Assembly (NCBI GenBank): GCA_043754255.1
Contig: JAYUVG010000167.1
Coordinates: forward strand, 39,864-63,863
Source of the DNA: Polaromonas sp.
GTDB taxonomy: Bacteria; Pseudomonadota; Gammaproteobacteria; Burkholderiales; Burkholderiaceae_C
Reading direction: 5' to 3'
Length of the DNA: 24,000 nucleotides
Positions 1 to 8,600 of the stretch are shown piece by piece. A program made the position numbers and the translations under genes. The notes beneath the pieces are model-generated. The model was not told the origin of the DNA. It did no database searches and saw nothing but the letters and a program-made list of their open reading frames with translations. Within the stretch, counting starts at the first letter, position 1. Each line of letters begins with the position of its first letter.

Positions 1-1010
1 GGATCGGTTTGCCTCAAGGCTTCATAAAGCGCATCAAAGACAGGGCTGCGCATGTTCTGGTCGATGATCACCAGATTGGGCAGCTGCAACTCGCAAAACC
101 GGATAGCTTGTTCAGCGTTCAAAACGCCGTCAACTACCAGGCCAGCGCCCTGGCAGACAGACCGGATTTGCACCTGAAGGCGGGCGTCGTCAGTGATCAC
201 CAGCAGCCGCATGCCGGCCATTGGTTTTGATTCGCCATACATGGATTCGGGGCCGGTTTCCATTTCAACAGCGCTCATGCCGCCCAGTCGTTTGACGGTG
301 CGGGCAAACTCAATGCTCAAGCTGGTGTCAACAGCTGAACTTGCCCGTTTGATGGACAAACCCATGGCCTGGCAAATCTCATTGAGCAGATACCAGCCAA
401 CCGTGTTGGTAGAAGGTTCGGCTTGGTCAGTACTTGCGGGCACATGGCCTGGAAGATGGCCGGACTTTAAAATCAGCAGCCCATGTTCAGGCCAGTTCAT
501 CATCTCCAGTGTTACGGTTAATTTGCCTCCCAATTGCGCCGCCCAGTCCAGCGCAGCATCAACCAGACTGTGAAGCAAGGCCGCGTCAACGATGACTTCA
601 ACGGGTCGAATTCTCTGAAAAATCTCGATGCCGCGTTGCTTGAACGCTTTTGATTGCTCCCGCAATGCCGCCAACACCAGCTCATCGAGCTTCATCGTTT
701 CATGCGACTGCCGCAAACGGCCACTTGCAAGCCGCGCAATTTGCTGACTTTGCATGGCCAGCTTGCGCGCCAGGTTCACACCGTCAACCAGAACCAGCAT
801 GTTTTCCCGGCTTAGATGCTGTGTCTGTTCAATCGCCTCAAGCGCTGCCCGCATGTTGGCCAGTGGCTCGGACAACTGCGAACCTATTGCGCCCGCCAAA
901 GCGAAGTCAGATGGCGCAATAGCACCGTCTGAAAGCAATGGGCTGTTTGCCGAGTCCTGGGTGATCAACGGCACAGGTTTGCTGTTTTTTGTATTTAAAA
1001 ATCTGTTCAT
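1..1010 (-). CDS. Histidine-kinase-like / response-regulator receiver protein, C-terminus beyond the left edge (partial)
   Basis: Open minus-strand frame from ATG at 1010 to the window edge (absent from the ORF track because its stop is outside). Translation begins MNRFLNTKNSKPVPLITQDSANSP and contains receiver-like MRLLVITDDARLQVQIRSVCQGAGLVVDGVLNAEQAIRFCELQLPNLVIIDQNM. GAGGAAAAC Shine-Dalgarno-like sequence just upstream. Confidence 0.6.
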   Translation of the reverse strand, partial: MNRFLNTKNSKPVPLITQDSANSPLLSDGAIAPSDFALAGAIGSQLSEPLANMRAALEAIEQTQHLSRENMLVLVDGVNLARKLAMQSQQIARLASGRLRQSHETMKLDELVLAALREQSKAFKQRGIEIFQRIRPVEVIVDAALLHSLVDAALDWAAQLGGKLTVTLEMMNWPEHGLLILKSGHLPGHVPASTDQAEPSTNTVGWYLLNEICQAMGLSIKRASSAVDTSLSIEFARTVKRLGGMSAVEMETGPESMYGESKPMAGMRLLVITDDARLQVQIRSVCQGAGLVVDGVLNAEQAIRFCELQLPNLVIIDQNMRSPVFDALYEALRQTD

Positions 1011-1165
1011 TGTTTTCCTCCCTGTTACGTCTATATTCTTAGTATTTCATTATGTAACTGTTGAAGTTGATTGCGTTAAAGGCATTTCCGTTACCAAGCG
1101 TAGGACGACACCTACTGAGCCCGACTATAAACTGCTTACACCAGGTTTTGATCTGGTTTGAAACC

Positions 1166-1233
1166 GTTTTTATTGATCAAATCTGCCCCTAGCCCACATG
1201 AAATGCGCGCAAGCAGCTCCTGAATTAATAGCA
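1166..1233 (-). repeat. Copy of a dispersed ~67-bp repeat (family A, 'GCTGCTTGCGC...GGCTAGAGG')
   Basis: Reverse complement tgctattaattcaggagctgcttgcgcgcatttcatgtgggctaggggcagatttgatcaataaaaac aligns with the copies at 8334, 12543, 18231 and 23398. Confidence 0.75.
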
Positions 1234-1707
1234 TTACGCTAATGCTTTGCGTGCCGAGACCAAGCGTTGCTCCAGGTAAGCACCGTAGAAATCCGGCACG
1301 GCAATGCCAACCAGCCGCTCAGCCAGCTCCTGGCCAAGACTGCCGATGAACAAAACGGTGGGCGTAAAAGTGGCTTTCCAGGCCTTGGCCTGACTTGACG
1401 CAGTAGTACTTTGGCCTTCAAAACCGGTCAGGCGTGTGGTGGTGTCATTCACATTCAGTTGCCAGGCTTGCAAACTGTTGTCACGGCGGGCAGGCAACAG
1501 ATAGTTGCGCCGTACCAGCTCGCAGTACACGCAACCAGGCAGGCTGATCAGCACTACCAGCGGCTCGCCTTTAGCCCTGGCCATCAATGCCGCTTGGGGC
1601 AGCGACGCAGGAACGGGCAGGGCGGTGTCTTTGGCGTGCAAGGTCGTCGCTGGCAATACCAGGCTGCCTGTGACCAGTTTTACAGCGTCGCGCCTTGATA
1701 CATTCAT
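1234..1707 (-). CDS. Exported thioredoxin-fold protein (SoxW/TlpA-like)
   Basis: 157-aa ORF with N-terminal signal-like MNVSRRDAVKLVTGSLVLPATTLHA and a thioredoxin-like VVLISLPGCVYCELVRRNYL plus TFTPTVLFIG. Confidence 0.6.
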   Translation of the reverse strand: MNVSRRDAVKLVTGSLVLPATTLHAKDTALPVPASLPQAALMARAKGEPLVVLISLPGCVYCELVRRNYLLPARRDNSLQAWQLNVNDTTTRLTGFEGQSTTASSQAKAWKATFTPTVLFIGSLGQELAERLVGIAVPDFYGAYLEQRLVSARKALA

Positions 1708-1721
1708 AACTCAACTTCTTT

Positions 1722-1800
1722 CGTCATTCCCGCGAAGGCGGGAATCCAGCAATACCGCTTGCAATGTGAGCCGCAGTTATCACCCAGAGCGGGTATGACG
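1722..1800. repeat. RMU/REP-like palindromic element (CGTCATTCCCGCGAAGGCGGGAATCCAG ... GCGGGTATGACG)
   Basis: Internal inverted repeat TTCCCGC/GCGGGAA; same 28-mer occurs with variation at 8422 and 8473. Confidence 0.75.
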
Positions 1801-1815
1801 GTGTTTGGCGTTCCA

Positions 1816-3051
1816 TCAGGTTATCTTTTTCAGCTTCAACTCAGACAACTTCGCATCCGGATAGTTCAGCACGCTGCGCAGCACCTCATCGGTGTGCTGA
1901 CCGAGCAGCGGTGGCGGCAGATCAGTGCGCACGGGCGTCGCGCTGAGCTTGAGGGGGCTGGACACCAGTGGCAAATCACTGTGGTGCGGGTGCTGCCAGT
2001 GCGTCACCATGCCGCGCGACTGGATATGCGCATCGGCAAACACTTCAGCCAGATTGTTGATTGCGCCGCACGGTACTTTGGCCGCTTCAAGCGCAGCCAG
2101 CCAGTCGGCCTTGGCGCGTGTGCGCATCACAGCTTCAAGAATTGGTACCAGTTGCGCGCGGTTTTTAACCCGGTCGCGGTTTTGGGCGAACAGCGGGTTT
2201 ACTCCCAGCTCTGGCACATTCGCCGCCTCACAGTATTTGCGAAATTGCGAGTCGTTGCCGACAGCGATGATGATGTGGTCTTTGGTGCCGTCAGTTGCAG
2301 CTGCCACTTCAAACACCTGGTACGGCACGATGTTCTGGTGTGCGTTGCCCATGCGGCATGGCACAGAGCCGCTGACGAGATAGTTGGCGCCCAGGTTCGC
2401 CAGCATGGCGACTTGCGTGTCGAGCAATGCCATGTCAACCTGCTGGCCCTCACCGGTTTTTTCAGCATGGCGCAGTGCGGCGAGTATGCCGACGGTTGCG
2501 TACATGCCGGTCATCAAATCAGCCACGGCAACGCCAACTTTTTGCGGGCCGCCTTGCAAATCGTCACGCTCGCCCGTCACACTCATCAGCCCACCCATGC
2601 CCTGAATGGCGTAGTCATAACCGGCCCGGTCGGCATACGGGCCGGTCTGGCCAAAGCCGGTGACTGATGCATAAACGATGCGCGGGTTAATGGCTTTGAT
2701 GGATGCGTAGTCCAGCCCGTAGCGCGCCATGTCGCCGACCTTGAAGTTCTCGACAAACACATCGCAATGCGCAGCCAGCTCGCGTATCAATGCCTGACCG
2801 GCAGGTTGTGCAATGTCGCAAGTCACGCTACGTTTGTTGCGATTGGTGCCCAGGTAGTAAGCCGCTTCCTGGGTGTCGTTGCCTTGCACATCTTTTAAAA
2901 AAGGTGGGCCCCAGGTGCGGGTGTCGTCGCCTGTTTCAGGCCGCTCAATTTTGATGACATCTGCGCCGAGGTCGGCCAGGGTTTGGGTACACCAGGGGCC
3001 TGCCAGCACGCGGGACAGGTCTAAAACGCGAATGCCATCAAGTGAGTTCAT
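1816..3051 (-). CDS. CaiB/BaiF-type (family III) CoA-transferase
   Basis: MNSLDGIRVLDLSRVLAGPWCTQTLADLGADVIKIERPETGDDTRTWGPP is the hallmark N-terminus. The longer ORF to 3156 adds 35 residues encoded by repeat DNA, so ATG at 3051 is preferred. Confidence 0.9.
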   Translation of the reverse strand: MNSLDGIRVLDLSRVLAGPWCTQTLADLGADVIKIERPETGDDTRTWGPPFLKDVQGNDTQEAAYYLGTNRNKRSVTCDIAQPAGQALIRELAAHCDVFVENFKVGDMARYGLDYASIKAINPRIVYASVTGFGQTGPYADRAGYDYAIQGMGGLMSVTGERDDLQGGPQKVGVAVADLMTGMYATVGILAALRHAEKTGEGQQVDMALLDTQVAMLANLGANYLVSGSVPCRMGNAHQNIVPYQVFEVAAATDGTKDHIIIAVGNDSQFRKYCEAANVPELGVNPLFAQNRDRVKNRAQLVPILEAVMRTRAKADWLAALEAAKVPCGAINNLAEVFADAHIQSRGMVTHWQHPHHSDLPLVSSPLKLSATPVRTDLPPPLLGQHTDEVLRSVLNYPDAKLSELKLKKIT

Positions 3052-3073
3052 AACTGTATTTTGCACCCGGGCT

Positions 3074-3182
3074 GTCATCCCGGACTTGAGGAGCCTGCCC
3101 CGAACCACGATCCGGGGAGATCCATCCCCGTATCTGCAGGCGCGCTGAGTTGTCATGGATCCCGGGTCAAGCCCGGGATGAC
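3074..3182. repeat. Palindromic intergenic element
   Basis: GTCATCCCGGACTTGA (3074-3089) pairs imperfectly with TCAAGCCCGGGATGAC (3167-3182). Confidence 0.7.
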
Positions 3183-3186
3183 AAAT

Positions 3187-3630
3187 CTAATACTGTTTGT
3201 ACGGCAAGAACTTACCCGACAGCACCACATTCACGCGGTCGCCTTTGGGATCCGGTGTGCGCACAATGTCCATTGAAAAATCAATCGCGCTCATGATGCC
3301 GTCGCCAAACTCTTCATGGATCAGCTCCTTGATGGTGGTGCCGTAGACACTCACAATTTCATACCAGCGATAGATCAGAGGGTCGGTCGGCACCGGCGTT
3401 GGCAATGAGCCTTTGTACGGCACAACCTGTAGCCACTTTTGTTCGTCAGCACTCAGGCCAAAAATTTCGCCAACCGCTGCAGCCTGCGTTGCGTCGAATG
3501 TCATTTGCCCCAAGCAGCCAGCGGTGACCCACTCTTTGCTCATGCCTACTTTTTTGGCGACGTCTTCCCACTTGATGCCTTTGGAGACCTTGACGGTGAT
3601 GATTTTTTCGGTGATGTCATTGCGGTTCAT
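3187..3630 (-). CDS. cynS: Cyanate hydratase (cyanase)
   Basis: Contains PTDPLIYRWYEIVSVYGTTIKELIHEEFGDGIMSAIDFSMDI, matching the conserved cyanase C-terminal catalytic domain, after an HTH-like N-terminus. Confidence 0.93.
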   Translation of the reverse strand: MNRNDITEKIITVKVSKGIKWEDVAKKVGMSKEWVTAGCLGQMTFDATQAAAVGEIFGLSADEQKWLQVVPYKGSLPTPVPTDPLIYRWYEIVSVYGTTIKELIHEEFGDGIMSAIDFSMDIVRTPDPKGDRVNVVLSGKFLPYKQY

Positions 3631-3675
3631 TTTTTGCTCCTGTTTAAAAAAATTTGGGCGCTTCTAGAAATTCAG

Positions 3676-3780
3676 ATTTTCAGGATGAAGTGCAAGGCGC
3701 ACGGAGCGCAGGATACCGGAATGCACTTGAGTGCATGAGGATTCCGAGCACCGCGCAACGCAGCAATTCGCCTGAAAAAT
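3676..3780. repeat. ~105-bp imperfect palindromic repeat element
   Basis: Outer arms TTTTCAGG/CCTGAAAA (3677-3684, 3771-3778) and central perfect ATGCACT-TG-AGTGCAT (3721-3736). Confidence 0.6.
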
Positions 3781-3799
3781 GAATTTATAGGAGTGCCCA

Positions 3800-4021
3800 T
3801 TAGTGGTCGCCAGGCTTGGCGCGGGTGATCAGAAAATCGACCACGTGGTTGCGCAGGTCATAGTAGCGGGGCAGATGGAGCAGCTCGGCGCGGGTGCGTT
3901 TTCTGGGCAGGGTGTTGCAAGCCTGCCCGAAGTGCAGGGCAGCTTGTTGCCGCAGCTGCTCGTCCAATTGCCTGTAAAGTGCCTGTACATACCCGTACGT
4001 GCCCGTACGTGCCATCTCCAC
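3800..4021 (-). CDS. Small hypothetical protein (73 aa)
   Basis: ORF MEMARTGTYGYVQALYRQLDEQLRQQ...LPRYYDLRNHVVDFLITRAKPGDH between annotated genes. Competing frames exist, so support is weak. Confidence 0.3.
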   Translation of the reverse strand: MEMARTGTYGYVQALYRQLDEQLRQQAALHFGQACNTLPRKRTRAELLHLPRYYDLRNHVVDFLITRAKPGDH

Positions 4022-4040
4022 CTATCCATCATCTGATTCA

Positions 4041-4550
4041 ATGCGATTTTCAATGTATGCAGCGATTGCCTTGACTGCTCTTGCGGCCTGTAACCCGACT
4101 TTTAACTGGCGTGATGTGCGCTTTGAAAACGCCGGACTGGCGCTTTTGATGCCGTGCAAGCCGGACAAGGCGCAAAGAACTGTTCCCATGGCAGGGCAAC
4201 AAACCGAGTTGAATTTGCTTAGTTGCGATGCAGGTGGCGTGACGTTTGCCGTCACCGTTGCGGATGTGAAAGACGCGTCAAAAGTAACCGGCGTGCTGGC
4301 GCAGTGGCAAAGTGTCTGGCTGGCCAATATCAAAGCCCAGCCCAGTGCGGGCACGGCACTCAAGCTGCCAGGCTTGCCCGGCGGTGGGGTCATCATGAAA
4401 GCCACCGGTCAACGCGCCAATGGCCGGGCCGTCAGTAGCCAGGCGGCGTATTTTGCACAGGGCACGCAGGTGTTTCAGGCGGTGATGTATGCAGACACCA
4501 TTGCGCCTGATGTGGCTGACACTTTTTTTTCGGGTTTGAAGTTTGAATAA
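4041..4550 (+). CDS. Putative lipoprotein of unknown function
   Basis: ATG at 4041 gives MRFSMYAAIALTALAACNPTFNW, a lipoprotein signal peptide with a lipobox-like LAAC; ORF continues to 4550. Confidence 0.6.
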   Translation: MRFSMYAAIALTALAACNPTFNWRDVRFENAGLALLMPCKPDKAQRTVPMAGQQTELNLLSCDAGGVTFAVTVADVKDASKVTGVLAQWQSVWLANIKAQPSAGTALKLPGLPGGGVIMKATGQRANGRAVSSQAAYFAQGTQVFQAVMYADTIAPDVADTFFSGLKFE

Positions 4551-5853
4551 TCTTTCTGCACCCACTGGCCTGCTGGATAGAAAAACCGCCGCCCTTGTAT
4601 TTTTGGCTTTTGCTGGTGCGTATTGTTTGTCAGCACTGGTGCGCGCCATCATCGCCACGCTGTCACCTGTGCTCAGTCAAGAGTTCTCCCTTCAATCGCG
4701 TGACCTGGGGCTGCTGGCGGGCGGTTATTTTTTGGGCTTTGCAGCTACGCAATTGCCGCTCGGCACCTGGCTCGACCGGCATGGGCCCAAGCGCGTCATC
4801 GTCTGCTTTCTGGCACTGGCGGTGGTGGGTTGCCTGGTGTTCTCAGTGGCCAGCAGCTTTGCGGGGCTGCTGGCTGGCCGGGTGCTGATTGGCATGGGGG
4901 TCAGCGCCTGCCTGATGGCGCCGCTGAGTGGCTTTCGGCGCTGGCTGGACGCGCCCAGTTTGTTGCGGGCCAATTCCTGGATGCTGATGAGTGGCTCGCT
5001 GGGCATGCTGGCGTCTACCCTGCCGGTGCAGTGGCTGCTGCCGCAAGTAGGCTGGCGGGCGTTGTTTTGGGGCTTGGCAGCTTTGGTGTTTGTGGCCATG
5101 CTGGTGATTGCATGGGTGGTGCCGAAATGGGCTATTGCCCCCACGCTTGTCGCTTCGCGTACTACGCTGCCCCCCAAGGGGGCTAATTTTTCTAAAGGCG
5201 GCTTGTCGAAAAATTCTCGTCCAACAGCTTTAGATGAGGGGTACGCAGAAGTCTGGAAAAGCCGCTATTTCCGGAAGTTGTCACCGCTGGCGTTTTTTAA
5301 CTACGGTGGTCTGGTCGCTGTGCAGACGCTGTGGGCCGGCCCATGGATGGTCAAGGTGGCGGGCTACACACCGCTTGAAGCGGCCACCGGGCTTTTTTAT
5401 ATCAACGCGGTCATGCTGCTGACCTTCTGGACATGGGGTTTGGTGAATCCGCGCCTGGCCAGAGCCGGCTGGCACACCGACCGGCTGATCGCCTGGGGCG
5501 TTCCCATCAGCCTGCTGGTGCTGGCTGCCAATATTTGGGGCGGCTCAGCAACCGGCTGGCTGGGTTGGGCGGCGTTTTGTGTGGCGTCCACCGTTATCAG
5601 CCTGTCGCAGCCCGCTGTCGGCATGGCATTTAAACCGGCACTGGCTGGCCGGGCGTTGTCGGCCTTTAACCTGGTTATTTTTGCGGGGGTGTTTACCGTG
5701 CAGTGGGGCATTGGCCTGCTGGTAGATGCGTTTGCCGCGCTGGGCCTGGCCCCTGTTGCCAGCTTTCAGGCAGCTTTTGGTGTGTTTTTGTGTTGTTGTA
5801 CGGCTGCGTATGTCTATTTTTTGCGCGTGAAAGTCGATAATTCAACCCCATGA
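4543..5853 (+). CDS. MFS transporter
   Basis: 436-aa hydrophobic ORF (TTG start), MFS signature GYFLGFAATQLPLGTWLDRHGPKRVI, many TM segments; overlaps the preceding stop. Confidence 0.88.
   Translation: MNNLSAPTGLLDRKTAALVFLAFAGAYCLSALVRAIIATLSPVLSQEFSLQSRDLGLLAGGYFLGFAATQLPLGTWLDRHGPKRVIVCFLALAVVGCLVFSVASSFAGLLAGRVLIGMGVSACLMAPLSGFRRWLDAPSLLRANSWMLMSGSLGMLASTLPVQWLLPQVGWRALFWGLAALVFVAMLVIAWVVPKWAIAPTLVASRTTLPPKGANFSKGGLSKNSRPTALDEGYAEVWKSRYFRKLSPLAFFNYGGLVAVQTLWAGPWMVKVAGYTPLEAATGLFYINAVMLLTFWTWGLVNPRLARAGWHTDRLIAWGVPISLLVLAANIWGGSATGWLGWAAFCVASTVISLSQPAVGMAFKPALAGRALSAFNLVIFAGVFTVQWGIGLLVDAFAALGLAPVASFQAAFGVFLCCCTAAYVYFLRVKVDNSTP
5151..5240. repeat. Repeat-like insert inside the MFS gene (CGCTTCGCGTACTACGCTGCCCCCCAAGGGGGC...)
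   Basis: Contains the short inverted repeat GCCCCC...GGGGGC (5169-5183) and low-complexity polar coding LVASRTTLPPKGANFSKGGLSKNSRPTALDEGY in the central loop. Right boundary approximate. Confidence 0.55.
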
Positions 5854-6293
5854 ATGGAATTTTCATCATCGCCCACGCCCCGCTTGCATCGGCCTTGCGC
5901 GAATGTGTGCTGCATGTCTTTCCAGACAACCCTGCCGGTGTGGTGGCGCTCGACGTACAGCCCCATTTGCCGCCTGAAGAAACGCTGGCCCAGGCAAGCG
6001 TCCTGTTTAAACAACTGGGCACGCCTGGTGTGCTGGTTTTGAGCGACGTGTTCGGTGCCACGCCTTGCAACGTGGCGCAAAAGTTGGTCGATGGTGTCCG
6101 TTCAAAACTGATTGCAGGCGTTAATTTGCCGATGCTGCTGCGCAGTGTGTGCTACCGAAACGAGCCGCTGGACGCGCTGATTGTGCGGGCGCTGGCCGGT
6201 GGCACACAGGGCGTGATGCAGGTTGCCATCACCGCACCACAAAATCAAGCCAAAAGAAAACATGATTCAAACGACCACGACCATCAGCAATAA
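5850..6293 (+). CDS. PTS EIIA component, mannose/fructose (ManX) family
   Basis: MNGIFIIAHAPLASALRECVLHVF with H9-like active-site context, and GVLVLSDVFGATPCNVAQKL; 4-bp overlap with upstream gene. Confidence 0.85.
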   Translation: MNGIFIIAHAPLASALRECVLHVFPDNPAGVVALDVQPHLPPEETLAQASVLFKQLGTPGVLVLSDVFGATPCNVAQKLVDGVRSKLIAGVNLPMLLRSVCYRNEPLDALIVRALAGGTQGVMQVAITAPQNQAKRKHDSNDHDHQQ

Positions 6294-6531
6294 ATTGGGC
6301 CTGCACGCCAGAGCCTCAGCCAAGCTCACAAAATTAGCGGGCAGCTTTGCCTGCGAAGTGTGGATGGCCAAGGGCGAACGCCGCGTCAACGCCAAAAGCA
6401 TCATGGGCGTGATGATGCTGGCTGCCGGTATGGGCAGCACGGTGATGGTCGAAACCAGCGGCGCGGATGAGCAGGTGGCACTCGATGCGTTGCTGGCTCT
6501 CATCAACGACAAGTTCGGCGAAGGGGAGTGA
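6262..6531 (+). CDS. ptsH: HPr phosphocarrier protein
   Basis: GLHARASAKLTKLAGSF (His15 region) and VNAKSIMGVMMLAAGMGS (Ser46 region). ATG at 6262 overlaps the end of the EIIA gene. Confidence 0.93.
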   Translation: MIQTTTTISNKLGLHARASAKLTKLAGSFACEVWMAKGERRVNAKSIMGVMMLAAGMGSTVMVETSGADEQVALDALLALINDKFGEGE

Positions 6532-6532
6532 T

Positions 6533-8317
6533 TTGACATTTTCAGTTCACGGCCTGGCAGTCTCGCGGGGTATTGCGATTGGCCGCGCTGTGCTGGTGGC
6601 GTCCAGCCGGGCTGATGTGGCGCATTACTTTGTGGATGCGGACAAAACCGACCTGGAAATTACCCGTATCAAGGCAGCCCGTAACGCCGTGGTTGAAGAG
6701 ATCACCCGCCTGCAGCGTGATTTGCCCAAGGATGCGCCGCATGAAATTGCCGCGCTGCTGGACGTGCATTTGATGCTGCTACAGGACGACCAGCTGATCA
6801 GTGGTGTCAAGAAGTGGATCACCGAGCGGCGCTACAACGCCGAGTGGGCGCTGACCACCCAGTACGAAACCATTGCCCGCCAGTTTGACGACATGGAAGA
6901 CGAGTACTTGCGTGAACGCAAGGCGGATCTGGAGCAGGTTGTTGAGCGTATTTTGCGCAGCATGAAAGGCATGGCTTCGCCGCTGCAACCGGTGGCTCAG
7001 GCGGGTGCCAGCCGCAAGCAGTCGCAGCAGGATTTTTTGCTGGACGACACGGTTGATGTGCCGCTGGTGCTGATTGCGCATGACATTTCACCGGCTGACA
7101 TGCTGCAGTTCAAAGAAAGCCTGTTTGCCGGGTTTGCCACCGACGTGGGCGGCAAAACGTCGCACACCGCCATCGTGGCGCGCAGTATGGACATCCCGGC
7201 AGTGGTGGGCGCGCGCAGTGCCAGCCAGCTGATTGAGCAGGACGACTGGGTCATCATTGACGGCGATGCCGGCATATTGATTGTGGATCCGTCGCCAATT
7301 ATTCTGGCGGAATACGGCTTCAAGCAGCGCCAGGGCGAGCTGGAGCGTGAGCGTTTGAGCCGCCTTAAACACACCCCGGCCGTCACGCTGGACGACCAGC
7401 GCATTGAGCTGCTGGCCAACATTGAATTGCCAGGCGACACACTGGGCGCCGTCAAGGCCGGCGCAGTGGGTGTGGGCTTGTTTCGCAGTGAGTTTTTGTT
7501 CATGGGCCGCGAATCAAAAGGCGCGGGCAAACTGCCCAACGAGGACGAGCAATACACCGCCTACTGCCAGGCGATTGACGGCATGAAGGGCTTGCCAGTG
7601 ACCATTCGCACGGTGGACATTGGCTCAGACAAAGCACTGGACCGAATGGGTGACCGGATGGAAAAAGCGCAGGACACGCACCTGAACCCGGCCCTTGGCC
7701 TGCGCGCCATTCGCTGGTCACTGGCCGACCCACCGATGTTTTTGACCCAGCTGCGCGCCATTTTGCGGGCTGCAGCACACGGCCAGGTCAACCTGCTGGT
7801 GCCGATGCTGGCGCATTTGAGCGAGATCAAACAAACGCTGCTGCTGATTGACCGTGCGCGGGTACAACTGGACAACCAGGGTGTGCCGTACGGCCCGGTG
7901 CGCCTGGGCGCGATGATTGAAATACCGGCTGCTGCATTGACGCTCAAAACGTTTTTAAAATACTTCGACTTTTTGTCGATCGGCACCAACGATTTGATCC
8001 AGTACACGCTGGCGATTGACCGCGCCGACGAATCAGTTGCCCACCTGTACGACCCGTGCCACCCGGCCGTGTTGCAACTGATTGCTGCCACCATTGCTGA
8101 ATGCAACGCACAAGACAAAGGCGTCAGCATCTGTGGCGAAATGGCCGGTGATGTCGCCATGACCAAGCTGCTGCTGGGAATGGGGCTGCGCAGCTTTTCA
8201 ATGCACCCATCGCAAATACTGGCGGTCAAGCAGCAAATATTGCGATCAGACACCGCCAAGCTCAAACCGTGGGCTGCGCGGGTGCTGGACAGTGAAGATC
8301 CGTCCTCGCTGATTTAA
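6533..8317 (+). CDS. ptsI: Phosphoenolpyruvate-protein phosphotransferase (PTS enzyme I)
   Basis: TTG start at 6533 (MTFSVHGLAVSRGIAIGRAVLV), active site GGKTSHTAIVARSMDIPAVVG, PEP-binding SIGTNDLIQYTLAIDR. Confidence 0.93.
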   Translation: MTFSVHGLAVSRGIAIGRAVLVASSRADVAHYFVDADKTDLEITRIKAARNAVVEEITRLQRDLPKDAPHEIAALLDVHLMLLQDDQLISGVKKWITERRYNAEWALTTQYETIARQFDDMEDEYLRERKADLEQVVERILRSMKGMASPLQPVAQAGASRKQSQQDFLLDDTVDVPLVLIAHDISPADMLQFKESLFAGFATDVGGKTSHTAIVARSMDIPAVVGARSASQLIEQDDWVIIDGDAGILIVDPSPIILAEYGFKQRQGELERERLSRLKHTPAVTLDDQRIELLANIELPGDTLGAVKAGAVGVGLFRSEFLFMGRESKGAGKLPNEDEQYTAYCQAIDGMKGLPVTIRTVDIGSDKALDRMGDRMEKAQDTHLNPALGLRAIRWSLADPPMFLTQLRAILRAAAHGQVNLLVPMLAHLSEIKQTLLLIDRARVQLDNQGVPYGPVRLGAMIEIPAAALTLKTFLKYFDFLSIGTNDLIQYTLAIDRADESVAHLYDPCHPAVLQLIAATIAECNAQDKGVSICGEMAGDVAMTKLLLGMGLRSFSMHPSQILAVKQQILRSDTAKLKPWAARVLDSEDPSSLI

Positions 8318-8333
8318 GTCACCTTTTTGTATT

Positions 8334-8396
8334 TGCTATTAAATCAGTAGCTGCTTGCGCTGTATTTACATCGGCTAGAGCACTATTTGGTCAATG
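8334..8396 (+). repeat. Dispersed repeat family A copy
   Basis: tgctattaaatcagtagctgcttgcgctgtatttacatcggctagagcactatttggtcaa. Confidence 0.75.
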
Positions 8397-8421
8397 ACCA
8401 ACAAAGTTCAGTTCAGACTGC

Positions 8422-8500
8422 CGTCATCCTCGCGAAGGCGGGGATCCAGTACCCGAATCTGTTCTTGATCTTCTGGATTCCCGCCTTCGCGGGAATGACG
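8422..8500. repeat. Inverted pair of RMU-like 28-mers forming a ~79-bp hairpin downstream of ptsI
   Basis: CGTCATCCTCGCGAAGGCGGGGATCCAG (8422-8449) versus CTGGATTCCCGCCTTCGCGGGAATGACG (8473-8500), opposite orientation. Confidence 0.8.
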
Positions 8501-8600
8501 GGATGGATTTTTTGTATTCGTTGCAAGTTTGCAGATTGCTACAAATTCAATAGCTTTTTACCCACGTATTTATTGGGTTAGAGACATTTTTTCTGATGAA

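Noticed and set aside
1759-2667. 302-aa plus-strand ORF
   Set aside because: Antisense to the clearly recognisable CoA-transferase; composition reflects GC-rich codon bias and no known family motifs are visible.
3052-3156. N-terminal extension of the CoA-transferase to 3156
   Set aside because: The extra residues (MTTQRACRYGDGSPRIVVRGRLLKSGMTARVQNTV) are encoded by the upstream palindromic repeat; the conserved family start fits ATG 3051.
8422-8500. CRISPR-like array from repeated 28-mers downstream of ptsI
   Set aside because: Only two copies in opposite orientation, with internal palindromes and dispersed relatives elsewhere. These are RMU/REP-like elements, not a CRISPR array.
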